Shown here: positions 1-10,383 of the stretch, piece by piece | How the letters are laid out: the number at the start of each line of letters is the position of its first letter | Position numbering within the stretch: the first letter of the stretch is position 1 | Source of the DNA: Octopus bimaculoides | Lineage: Eukaryota | Reading direction: 5' to 3' | NCBI RefSeq assembly: GCF_001194135.2 | Contig: NC_068997.1 | Coordinates: 32,185,182-32,218,645, forward strand | DNA: 33,464 bases | The notes under the pieces: model-generated | Databases searched by the model: none | What the model was told of the DNA's origin: nothing | The model's input: only the letters and a program-made list of their open reading frames with translations | Program-made: the position numbers and the translations under genes

Positions 1-120
1 TGTCTTTCATCCTTTCGGGTTCGATAAATTAAGTACCACTTGCGTCCTGGGATCGATCTAATCGACTTCCCCCACTCTTCAAAAATTTCGGGCCTTGTGC
101 CAAGAGTAGAAAAGAATAAT
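1..120 (+). mobile_element. tRNA-derived SINE family A, 3' portion (runs off window start)
   Basis: Body CTTTCATCCTTTCGGGTTCGATAAATTAAGTACCA, the GATCGATCTAATCGAC hairpin motif and tail GGCCTTGTGCCAAGAGTAGAAAAGAAT match other copies in the window. Confidence 0.85.
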
Positions 121-126
121 ATACAA

Positions 127-303
127 GGCGGCGAGCTGGCAGAATCGTTAACATGCCGGGCGAAATGCTTAGCAGTATTTCGTCTGTCTTTACGTTCTGT
201 GTTCAAATTCCGCCGAGGTCGACTTTGCCTTTCATCCTTTCGGAGTCGATAAATTAAGTACCATTTGCGTACTGGGGTCGACCTGCCTAGAGTAGAAAAG
301 AAT
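127..303 (+). mobile_element. SINE family A, head-to-tail with the preceding copy, internally deleted near its 3' end
   Basis: Head GGCGGCGAGCTGGCAGAATCG (A-box-like), GTGTTCAAATTCC (B-box-like), shared body, tail AGTAGAAAAGAAT; abuts LINE sequence at 304. Confidence 0.9.
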
Positions 304-2203
304 GGAGGGATGTCATTATTTTGATGGGAGATTGGAACGCCAAGGTGGGGAAGAGCATTACCAACAGTTCTAGCGTGGGCCAACACGGGTTGGGAGAGAG
401 GAATGAAAGAGGACAGGATCTGGTTGACTTTTGTATCACCAACAACCTAGACATCGGTAACACCATCTTCTAGCATCACCAGAGAAGGTTGTACACTTGG
501 ACCAGCCCAGGAGACCGGTTTCGAAACCAGATTGACCGCATGATGATTCAAGGACGATGGAGGTTGGCTCTCATGAATATAAGGACACGACCAGGGGCAG
601 ACTTCGGAAGCAATCATCAACTGCTGTGTGCAACGATTAAGATCCGGATGAGGTCATGGCGAAAGCAGACGAAAACATTTCGGTACGACGTCACAAAGAT
701 TCCGGAGGCTTTCAGTGTCGAGATGCAGAATAGATTTCTACCGCTTCTCCAATCAGACGATAACGGAGAGTGGAGATCAGACACTCTTTGGGAGCAAATG
801 GATAACATCACAAAGGAAGTTGCAGAGACGAATATTCCCAGAAGACGAACTCTGAAGAGGCCGTGGCTATCAGACGACACACTAGACATCGCTAGAAGAA
901 GAAGGAGAAAAGCAAAAGCAAGTGGAAACCATCAGGAATGGAGAGAACTTGACAAGCAGTACAACAGACAGGCACTAGAGGACAAGAGGAACCATCAGGA
1001 AGAGATATGTTTGGAGGCGGAAGATGCGTCACAGAAAGGTAACATCAAGTCTGTTTTTCGTTTGGTGAAGGAATTGAGCAGAAAGGGGAAGTGGACTCCA
1101 CGTAGTGACGTCATCAACGATAAAGAAGGTAACATCCTGACAGAGGAAGAGGACATCAAAGCTAGGTGGAGGGAATACAGCACCGATTTGTACAGAAGGA
1201 GGCAGGAAGACTGTGTCAAGATTTGGAACGACGTGGAGTGGTTGATCGACTGGTGTCGTGCAGTCTTCGTACCAATACCAAAGAAAGGCAACCCACGCGA
1301 GTGCTCTAACCACCGAACCATCAGTCTTATTGTCCACGCAAGCAAGATCCTGCTGCGAATCATCGTAGGTAGACTGCAGCGGAAATATGGCAGTGTCATC
1401 GCTGAGGAACAAGCCGGTTTCGTCAAGGGGAGAGGAACAGGGGAACAGATAGTCAATATCAGAATGATGATCGAGAAGTTTAAGGAATGTAACATCCCAC
1501 TTTACGTGTGTTTCATCGACTATTCTAAGGCCCTCGACTGTGTGAGACACAGCAAGCTGTGGGACGTCACGAAGGATATGGGATTTCCTGAACACTTAGT
1601 CGCACTGTTGGCGCGACTATATCAAGATCAACAGTCATCTGTCAGGACGTCCGTCGGTGACACTGAGAAAACATCATAAGAGCGGTGAAGGAGAACTACG
1701 ATGGTGGTGTGCAGATTGGCGGAGAAAAACTGTGCAATCTGAGATACGCCGATGGCACAATCCTTATAAGTAACAGCAAGGACGAATTGTTGCAGATGAT
1801 ACGCAAAGTGAAAGACATGGGTGCACAAAGTGACCTATTCCTGAATGTAAAGAAGACAAAGATCTTGGTGATGGATAAGTACAGGACAGACCAAAGTGAC
1901 TTCACCGTGGACGGAGAGATGATTCAGGAAGTGGATGATTTTGTGTACTTGGGATACACAATCAGCACCAGTGGATCAAGTACACCAGAGATGTAGAAAA
2001 GGCTCGCGATAGCGAGGCAAGCGGTACAAGATATGGAGAACATCTGGAAGAGTCGTGGCGTGTCAATGCTGCTGAAAATAAGGCTACTTCGGGCTGCCGC
2101 TTTCTCTATTGCGACGTACGGCTGCGAGTCGTGGACAATGTTGAAGGCAGACGGGAAAAGAGTGAGCGCTTTTGACATGTGGTGTTACCGCAGAAACCTA
2201 AGA
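304..2203 (+). mobile_element. RTE-clade LINE, decayed (APE endonuclease C-terminus plus reverse transcriptase)
   Basis: From 306 reads RDVIILMGDWNAKVG...GERNERG...NTIF* (TAG 471-473) then YTWTSPG..NQID; RT motifs PIPKKG, RTISL, EEQAGF..GRGT, CFIDYSKALD, NLRYADG (YADD with D>G, 1745-1756), KTKIL, FVYLG, TYGCESW. Stops at 471, 1677 and 1994, a frameshift near 1680, and two internal deletions. The 3' end is lost in microsatellite and gap. Confidence 0.95.
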
Positions 2204-2322
2204 GTATATATATATATNNNNNNNNNNNNNNNNNNNNNNNNNNNNNNNNNNNNNNNNNNNNNNNNNNNNNNNNNNNNNNNNNNNNNNNNNNNNNNNNNNN
2301 NNNNNNNNNNNNNNNNNNNNNN

Positions 2323-2364
<42 letters not shown>

Positions 2365-2471
2365 TATGTATGTATGTATATATTATAGTATTTTATAGAT
2401 ATTGTTATTAATTAACAATACTCGTAGACAGACTAGACTAGACGTGCTCAAGTTGAGCTAAGTTCCAATTT

Positions 2472-3353
2472 ATAATTCGAGTAGAGGCAATACGAGCGGG
2501 AAACTAGAGGAACATGACTTATTATCCAGCAGAATATACAATATATATGCACATTTACTTCGACATTAATAAAGCAGCATAAAGCTCAACATAACAGAAG
2601 TATTAATAAGATACAAGCATATAGACATATTTTTATAAGCCCGCAAATATCTAAAAATATTTTAAAACATTTAAAAATACATGGGCATTTTAAAAAATAT
2701 ATAAGTAAAATAAGTACAAAATATACACATAATAAGATATAAAAACGTCGATATTATATAAAACATAGTGAGTTATAAGTTCACACAATATACTATAGAG
2801 GAATAAAAATTTAGAGGTCAGAATACAAGCACATAGAATATTTAATAACACTTAGATATTTAAAAATATATAAAAGCATTTATAAATACGTAGGCATTTT
2901 AAAATAGAAGACGTCGATATGAAATAAGATATAGTAACTTATATGTTCATAGGATATGTTATAAGGACTAAAGATTTCAAGTTAGAACACGAAGCGTGTG
3001 GAAAGTAGAAAGTCAGACATTTGAAAAAATTTCAAATTGGTTGGAACGTGATTATATGAGTTGTCCTTTTTTGTATTGTCTTCATGGTGTCTTTCGTGTC
3101 GTGGAGCATCCTGATGAGGGGAGTGTCTGGTTCTTTTAAAATATGAAATCCATGTCATATTAACTGACACGTCTCCGAAACGGCCTGTAGATGAAATTTG
3201 TGGATTCATTGAACATTGTCTCTAATTTTAGTATGTCCGTTTAAAGCTTGACTTTATTAATGTCGAAGTAAGTGTGCATATATATTGTATATTCAGCTGG
3301 ATAATAGGTCATGTCCTCTAGTTTTCCGCTCGTATTGCCTCCACTCAAATTAT
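2472..3353 (+). mobile_element. Non-coding element bounded by about 103-bp inverted repeats and carrying a hammerhead ribozyme (Penelope-like or retrozyme-like, inferred)
   Basis: 2472-2574 versus reverse complement of 3252-3353: 6 substitutions and 1 indel by eye. AT-rich interior, no transposase ORF, hammerhead at 3107-3193. Confidence 0.7.
3107..3193 (+). ncRNA. Type I hammerhead ribozyme
   Basis: Stem I CATC(3107-3110)/GATG(3190-3193); core CTGATGA(3111-3117); stem II GGGGAGTGTC(3118-3127)/GACACGTCTCC(3166-3176), 10 bp with one bulge; GAAA(3177-3180); short stem III around palindromic GGCC; GUA cleavage triplet 3187-3189. Confidence 0.8.
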
Positions 3354-3399
3354 GTATATATAATTTGAGTGGAGGCAATATAAATGTGTCTGTATGTGA

Positions 3400-3449
<50 letters not shown>

Positions 3450-4071
3450 AATTCAAATAAACTAATAAAAAACGAAAAAATATGGAAAACAACGAACGTG
3501 AAGATGTGCACAAGAAATGCATTAGCTTGACGCTCGGTGAAAAGAGAGAATTTAACATTTCGAGCATAGCTCTTCGTCGGAAAGGAGAAAGGAATAAGTC
3601 TAAAGAAGAAGAAGAAGAAATCGCCAACTGCACACATGTAGTTACATTGTTATATATGTAGACAGTCTAAGAATGCATAAACCAATAGAGTGGGTTTAAT
3701 GCCCATTTCCCGTACTTGGCATGTCTGATGAGTACAGTTATTAAATACCCGTCCAGTTATCTAACATCCCGTTCGAAACCGATTAGTATGGGCGACTGTA
3801 ACGGATCTATAATACTGTATGCTGTATTTTAAAGCTATTGACATTCCAGCAATTTTAAAGCTATTGAAGTTCACTCGCTTTTATTCGTCCTGTTTTTAAA
3901 ATTCAGCTGTTTCGTTTCGCTTCATTCGAATTTGAAGTTGATTTAATATTCTAATTTTCATTTCTCGAGAAGCTGGCTTTCTCGACACTTATATTCTTAC
4001 TCAACTTCGAAAATATTTATCAAAAAATTACAAAAAATAATGTAACAACGTTAGTTTGGAGTGTACCCGGG

Positions 4072-4194
4072 CATGGTTCTGGGTTCAGTTTGACTGCTTT
4101 ATACCTTGTATCTTCTACTATAGCCTCGGGCTGACCAAAGCCTTGAGAGTGGATTTGGTAGACGGAAACTGAAAGTCCATCGGATATATATATA

Positions 4195-4230
<36 letters not shown>

Positions 4231-4437
4231 AACATTGCTTGACAACCGGTATTCGTGTGCTTACGTTCCCATAGCCTAGTGATTCGGCCACGATATCGAT
4301 AGTACTAGGCTTGAAAATTAGTACTAGGCTTGAAAAGAATAAGTTTTGGAGTCGATTTCTTCGACTGAAAACCCTTCAATGCAGTGCCCCAGTATGGCCG
4401 CAGTCAAATGACTCAAAGATGTAAAAGAATAAAGACG
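4072..4437 (+). mobile_element. SINE family B (bipartite, internal TA/TG microsatellite), 5'-truncated
   Basis: CATGGTTCTGGGTTCAG...CTACTATAGCCTCGGGCTGACCAAAGCC...GACGGAAACTGAAAG, then microsatellite, then TTGACAACCGG...GTCGATTTCTTCGAC...CCCCAGTATGGCCGCAGTC...AAAAGAATAAAG. Has a local 19-bp duplication TAGTACTAGGCTTGAAAA(T/G). Confidence 0.9.
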
Positions 4438-4614
4438 AAATATACACGTTTTATAGAAATCATACACACACACATAAAGATGCATATTTATGTATGTATG
4501 TATGTATGCCTATCTACGTCGTTTGCTCAAACGACTCCCTTGTATATATTCAAATAGTCTGTTTACTTCTGTATGTGGTGATTCTGTCTATAAATGCCTC
4601 TCTCATTCACTTTC

Positions 4615-4685
<71 letters not shown>

Positions 4686-5052
4686 NNNNNNNNNNNNNNN
4701 NNNNNNNNNNNNNNNNNNNNNNNNNNNNNNNNNNNNNNNNNNNNNNNNNNNNNNNNNNNNNNNNNNNNNNNNNNNNNNNNNNNNNNNNNNNNNNNNNNNN
4801 NNNNNNNNNNNNNNNNNNNNNNNNNNNNNNNNNNNNNNNNNNNNNNNNNNNNNNNNNNNNNNNNNNNNNNNNNNNNNNNNNNNNNNNNNNNNNNNNNNNN
4901 NNNNNNNNNNNNNNNNNNNNNNNNNNNNNNNNNNNNNNNNNNNNNNNNNNNNNNNNNNNNNNNNNNNNNNNNNNNNNNNNNNNNNNNNNNNNNNNNNNNN
5001 NNNNNNNNNNNNNNNNNNNNNNNNNNNNNNNNNNNNNNNNNNNNNNNNNNNN

Positions 5053-5640
5053 TTAGTGGCATATAGGTTACCGGTAGCACAGTGGTTGGGGATGGAGTGT
5101 TAATGGTGAATTAGTTATTAGTGACTGTAGTTAGAGTAGGTTGACTGTTGGTGACAGATTAGCAGTGGCACTATGGTTGAAGAGAGCGGATTGTTGGTGC
5201 TGATAGGTTACCAGTGGCACAGTGGTTGAGGAGAGCGGACTCTTGGTGTCATATAAGTGGTACCAGTGGTACAGTGTTATTGGGTGAACTGTCGGTGGCA
5301 GATTGGTTAGCAGTGACATTGCAGTTATAGGACAGACATAGGCAATCATTTACGAGAAGCGGGGCTGCATGAGACATGGATCAGACTGGCCGCAATAGTA
5401 AAAAAAGAAATTCAATGTGATTTTTTCGTTAGGTCTGTCACTCAAAAACTCCCGCAGGTCGCAGGTTGCTCATGACTGTTCTAGTATGTAAGGTGTTGGT
5501 GATAGAGAGATTAGCAGTGACTCTATGATTCCAGGGGCCCAAATGTTGTGACAGATAAACTAGCAATGACACGGTGGTTATAGAGGGAGTCCTGTTGGTG
5601 ACGAAGATGGTTGTAACGTTTTGGCACAATTAGTGGAGTA
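5053..5640. repeat. Degenerate minisatellite of about 46-50 bp, interrupted by a MITE
   Basis: Recurrent unit like TGTTGGTGACAGATTAGCAGTGGCACTATGGTTGAAGAGAGCGGA; about 5 units before 5333 and about 3 after 5480. Confidence 0.65.
5333..5478. mobile_element. hAT (Charlie-like) MITE
   Basis: TIRs CAGACATAGGCAATC and GGTTGCTCATGACTG (11/15 match); flanking 8-mers TTATAGGA and TTCTAGTA (6/8, central TA as in Charlie targets). Confidence 0.55.
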
Positions 5641-5730
5641 TTTGATGGCATCGCGCTGAGATATAGGCTGCGCGGTGACTGATTTGTTTTGAATGTTAGA
5701 ATGTCTTGCAATATTTCTCTCCGGTTGTAA

Positions 5731-5890
5731 GGCGGCGATCTGGCAAAATCGTTAGCACCCCGGGCAAAATGCTTAGCGGCACTTCGTCCGTCTTTACCTT
5801 CTGAGTTCAAATGCCGGTAGGGTCGACTTTTCCCTCCATCCTTTTGGGGTCGACAAAATAAGATCCAGTTGGGTTGACTTATCCTCTCCC
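5731..5890 (+). mobile_element. SINE family A, diverged
   Basis: GGCGGCGATCTGGCAAAATCGTTAGCAC...GAGTTCAAATGCC...CATCCTTTTGGGGTCGACAAAATAAG. Confidence 0.85.
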
Positions 5891-6004
5891 CACGAAACTG
5901 CTCGTCTTGAGCATTGTTTCGCTGAAAATTCCTTAAATACGCGGTGGGTCTCTTTGTAGCTGTAATGTCTAGTAGAAACGCTGGCTAAGTTACCTATCAG
6001 TAAT

Positions 6005-6205
6005 AATGGTTTCAAATTTTGGCACAAAGCCGGCAATATTAGGAGAAGGATAAGTTGATGACATCGACCCCAGTGTTCAACTGATATTTATATTTTCGGC
6101 ACCAAAAGGATGAAAAAGCAAAGTCAACCTTGGCGGAATTCAAACTTAGAACACAAATGCAGAGCATTTTGCCCAGTGTGCTAACGGTTCTGCCAACTCG
6201 CCACC
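6005..6205 (-). mobile_element. SINE family A with 14-bp TSD
   Basis: Reverse complement of the family A head and body with tail GGCTTTGTGCCAAAATTTGAAACCA; TACCTATCAGTAAT at 5991-6004 and 6207-6220. Confidence 0.9.
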
Positions 6206-6439
6206 CTACCTATCAGTAATGATGTGAGGTATTATTGGCATGTTGGTTATGTGTTAGTAGTTGTGTGAAAGCAACGACGTTACACCGGTATGATATTAGA
6301 AATACTATATGTCTTATTTGTGGTACTGTGACAGCACTGGGTATTAATGAGATAATGGTGAAATGTTGGTAACTAGTGAAGCATTGATGAGTGTCCCACA
6401 GAGAACAGTTTTAGATATTTCGTAAGCTTTTAAAGACAT

Positions 6440-6608
6440 AGGATCCTTGTTGCGAACCCTAACTGAGCAGACATACAATCAATGTATCCCAAGTGGGGAA
6501 CTCATCCTACGACGAACTGGCGTCCCATCCAGTTGAGGCATGAAACCGGGAAAGCGAGCCTTGAGTCGGCATGATTCGAGGAAGTAACTTTACTTATTTT
6601 TTTTTTTT
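6440..6608 (+). mobile_element. Possible 3' fragment of a third SINE family (V-domain-like motif)
   Basis: CCTACGACGAACTGGCGTCCCATCCAG resembles the GATGGACTGGCGTCCCATCCAG motif of V-SINE-type elements (from memory); ends in a T-run. Single copy in the window. Confidence 0.35.
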
Positions 6609-7044
6609 AAGTCGTGAACTTCTCAAACTATTGTCAAGTGTCCTAGAACTGGTATCTAATGTTCCCTTTTTTTAAAGACATGGTAGGGTGTGATTTAAGA
6701 GAAATCTGGTTGCTATGTTGTTTCTAGCAGATCGAGTCGCATGCAGTCCGTNNNNNNNNNNNNNNNNNNNNNNNNNNNNNNNNNNNNNNNNNNNNNNNNN
6801 NNNNNNNNNNNNNNNNNNNNNNNNNNNNNNNNNNNNNNNNNNNNNNNNNNNNNNNNNNNNNNNNNNNNNNNNNNNNNNNNNNNNNNNNNNNNNNNNNNNN
6901 NNNNNNNNNNNNNNNNNNNNNNNNNNNNNNNNNNNNNNNNNNNNNNNNNNNNNNNNNNNNNNNNNNNNNNNNNNNNNNNNNNNNNNNNNNNNNNNNNNNN
7001 NNNNNNNNNNNNNNNNNNNNNNNNNNNNNNNNNNNNNNNNNNNG

Positions 7045-7614
7045 TGGTGGTGGTGGGGATAGATACTAAGATTTATGTTATTTATATGTGTGTGTGCGTA
7101 TGTATGGGAGGGGGTGGGTGGATTCGTGTAGTGATAATAACGGTGGTGGTGGCGATGCCAGTGCATTGGGATGGAGGGGGGTAGCGTTGGAGGCGGGGAT
7201 GCTGTGGAGAAAGAAGTGCAATGGTATGTGTGAGTATTATGATTGGATGTGATAGTAGCGATTTGGAGGAGAGGCGGCGGTCCATGCACGTGTGTCTGTG
7301 TATGTGTGTGTATGTGTGTGTGATAACGATGGTCGTTATTGTAGTAGTAGTGGTGGTGGTGGTGGCAGTGTGAGGAATGCGTGGTTATTGTGGTGGTGAC
7401 GATATTGATGGGGTGGGGTGGACGAGGGACGGGCAGCGTGGTGAGATGCATAGATATGAAGGTGCGATGGTGACAGTGAGTATTGTGATAATAGAAGTGA
7501 TGACAGTGGTGGTGGTGGTAGTGAGGGTGGTGGAGGTGGTGGTAGTAGTCATGGTGTTGGTGGTGGTGGGATAAGAAGATCATCCCTTTTCCTTTTTATC
7601 TTTTTTATTATTCC

Positions 7615-7647
<33 letters not shown>

Positions 7648-7700
7648 TAAGAGGTGGGTGGGTGAAAGGGGTGTTGGTGATGGGACATAGGTTGGATTTG
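7045..7700. repeat. GGT/GTG-rich low-complexity tract
   Basis: Runs of (GGT)n, (TAG)n and (TG)n between two gaps; source of the His-rich minus-strand ORF. Confidence 0.8.
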
Positions 7701-8392
7701 GTNNNNNNNNNNNNNNNNNNNNNNNNNNNNNNNNNNNNNNNNNNNNNNNNNNNNNNNNNNNNNNNNNNNNNNNNNNNNNNNNNNNNNNNNNNNNNNNNNN
7801 NNNNNNNNNNNNNNNNNNNNNNNNNNNNNNNNNNNNNNNNNNNNNNNNNNNNNNNNNNNNNNNNNNNNNNNNNNNNNNNNNNNNNNNNNNNNNNNNNNNN
7901 NNNNNNNNNNNNNNNNNNNNNNNNNNNNNNNNNNNNNNNNNNNNNNNNNNNNNNNNNNNNNNNNNNNNNNNNNNNNNNNNNNNNNNNNNNNNNNNNNNNN
8001 NNNNNNNNNNNNNNNNNNNNNNNNNNNNNNNNNNNNNNNNNNNNNNNNNNNNNNNNNNNNNNNNNNNNNNNNNNNNNNNNNNNNNNNNNNNNNNNNNNNN
8101 NNNATATATATACACGCGGATATTTATGTTATGTGCGTATATATAGCTCAATATGCATATACACACATGCAGATACGCACACACGCACACACATATATAT
8201 ACATACATGATCACACACCTGTACACTAACACATATATGTATCTGAGCCTTTATGTGTTATGTGCGTATACATGGTTCAGTGCACACATATGTAAGTATG
8301 GATATACACTTACGTACATTTCATACATAAGTGTGTGTATATATATATATGTGTGTGTATATATATATGTGTGTGTCTGTGTGTATATATAC

Positions 8393-8443
<51 letters not shown>

Positions 8444-9634
8444 NNNNNNNNNNNNNNNNNNNNNNNNNNNNNNNNNNNNNNNNNNNNNNNNNNNNNNNNN
8501 NNNNNNNNNNNNNNNNNNNNNNNNNNNNNNNNNNNNNNNNNNNNNNNNNNNNNNNNNNNNNNNNNNNNNNNNNNNNNNNNNNNNNNNNNNNNNNNNNNNN
8601 NNNNNNNNNNNNNNNNNNNNNNNNNNNNNNNNNNNNNNNNNNNNNNNNNNNNNNNNNNNNNNNNNNNNNNNTATATATACATGAGCTATCTACACTTCTT
8701 TCCCCTCTGGTGCTGCTGCGTGTGAATGAGTGCACAGGCGCGCGCGCAAACTCCCACGCAAAACGTACATACATACATATATATATAATCTATACGTATA
8801 CATATATATATATATACGCAAAACATGCATATATATATATACATATATACATATAATCCAACTTACACGTACACACATACTCACACAGACACGCACAAAC
8901 AACATAGACATACTTGCATTCACATTAAGGCAAGAATGTCTTTAAACACCGAAATAACAAGAGAAATTATCATGTGATCACTTTGTCATGAATATTCATC
9001 AGTTAAGTGTAAGGCTGACCTTAGATATTTTGAAATTATTTATGCGTATACATATCTGTTATAGTTTGTATGTGTGTTTATGTGGCATAATGAATACGTG
9101 TGTGTTTGTATATATGTTGGTAATTATGTTTGTGTGTATGTGTGTGTGTTCGTGTGTGTTTGCATGCGTGTGTGCGTGCGTATGGTGCTAACATTTTGCA
9201 AAAGAATCTTCCTTTGATACTGAATAATAGCAAGTCTCATCTAAAGTAGCGAGAATCTCTTGTGAAAAGATACAAGACAACATTTGTCTTCATTATTGTA
9301 TCATTATAATACTAAAATTCAAATTTTGTTTGTATGTTTGTATGTTCCGCGATTTGAGAGTAAACAGTGTATTGTGGCAATAAAATGCTTCGACTAATGT
9401 GCTCTTACACTGAAGCCCTTTCGCTTAAAAAGTCATTTTCCAGCATTTCTGCTACTGGAACCTTCAAAATAGAAAAAAATTTGTTCAGTATAATATCAAC
9501 GCATTAAAGAAAGTTATCGCCATTGCTGCACGACAAAGAAAACGAAAAGAACGTACAAGCAACAGACGCACACATATACATACGAACCGACACGTGTACG
9601 TTTACATACATAAAGACAAGCTACTCATTAGGAA

Positions 9635-9636
<2 letters not shown>

Positions 9637-9685
<49 letters not shown>

Positions 9686-9769
9686 CAACAACGACAACAC
9701 ACACGCATGCACAAACACACAGTCACATATATACAACCTCCTACGACTAACGCAGGTATTTAATGAGCG

Positions 9770-9847
<78 letters not shown>
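9637..9847. repeat. (AC)n and (TG)n microsatellites in inverted arrangement
   Basis: (AC)n at about 9637-9681 and (TG)n at about 9775-9847. Confidence 0.9.
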
Positions 9848-9851
<4 letters not shown>

Positions 9852-10094
9852 TGACTCTGCATGCGCATTTAACTACCTCGGGCAAGGCCGTGTGCTATTG
9901 CTAGGTCGGATTCTATAACAGCATTCCCGGATAAAAATGACATTTGCAATATGTATTCATTGACGAAAATATCAGTACTGTGCTATTTCCAAAGTTAAAA
10001 ATGAAATACGAAAAAAATATGAAATGCCTAAAAGCGATGACAAAATATGGAATCTCTGTAGATTTTGACAATGAGCATTGTTGTTCATTTAAAT

Positions 10095-10383
10095 CAGTGG
10101 TTCCCAAACTTTTTCGGACAGCCGATCCCTTGGCCCCCTGGGCAACATTCCTAGTGTCTTCCCCCACCTCACTCACCACCACAAACATAGACCACTTTCT
10201 GCATCAATTCAAAACAACTGTATTTCACAAATATAACTTAACCTAATTAACCCATTATTTCATTGTTTTTACATCCATTGTTCCCTTTTGACCAGTTCAT
10301 TATCACTCCACTTTTCTTCAATGCCTCCTTGGATCTTTCCGTCATTCCCAGGAGGGTAGTGCTGCCCTCATTGGGAACCACTT
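10095..10383. mobile_element. hAT-Charlie-type MITE, 289 bp
   Basis: TIRs CAGTGGTTCCCAA (10095-10107) and TTGGGAACCACTT (10371-10383), 12/13 match; flanking 8-mers ATTTAAAT and ATATAAGT (6/8, central TA). Confidence 0.75.

Noticed and set aside
127-215. tRNA-like A and B boxes (also in other SINE heads)
   Set aside because: No cloverleaf could be completed, and the boxes continue into repeated SINE bodies, so these are not tRNA genes.
617-2178. Several minus-strand ORFs of 66-188 aa
   Set aside because: Antisense shadows of the RTE LINE coding sequence.
4490-5103. Long ORFs containing X runs and VCVC/HTHT/YIYI repeats (also at 7549-8856, 17416-18413, 20140-24219, 29189-29764, 31758-32834)
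   Set aside because: They arise from N-gaps and dinucleotide or tetranucleotide microsatellites, which lack stop codons.
6672-7583. 303-aa His/Thr-rich minus-strand ORF
   Set aside because: Translation of GGT/GTG low-complexity DNA plus a gap; no domain or splice support.
9300-9480. Helitron-like start (ATACTAAAATT...TGTTTGTATGTTTGTATGTTCCG)
   Set aside because: No 3' hairpin plus CTRR end and no second copy found; resemblance alone is insufficient.
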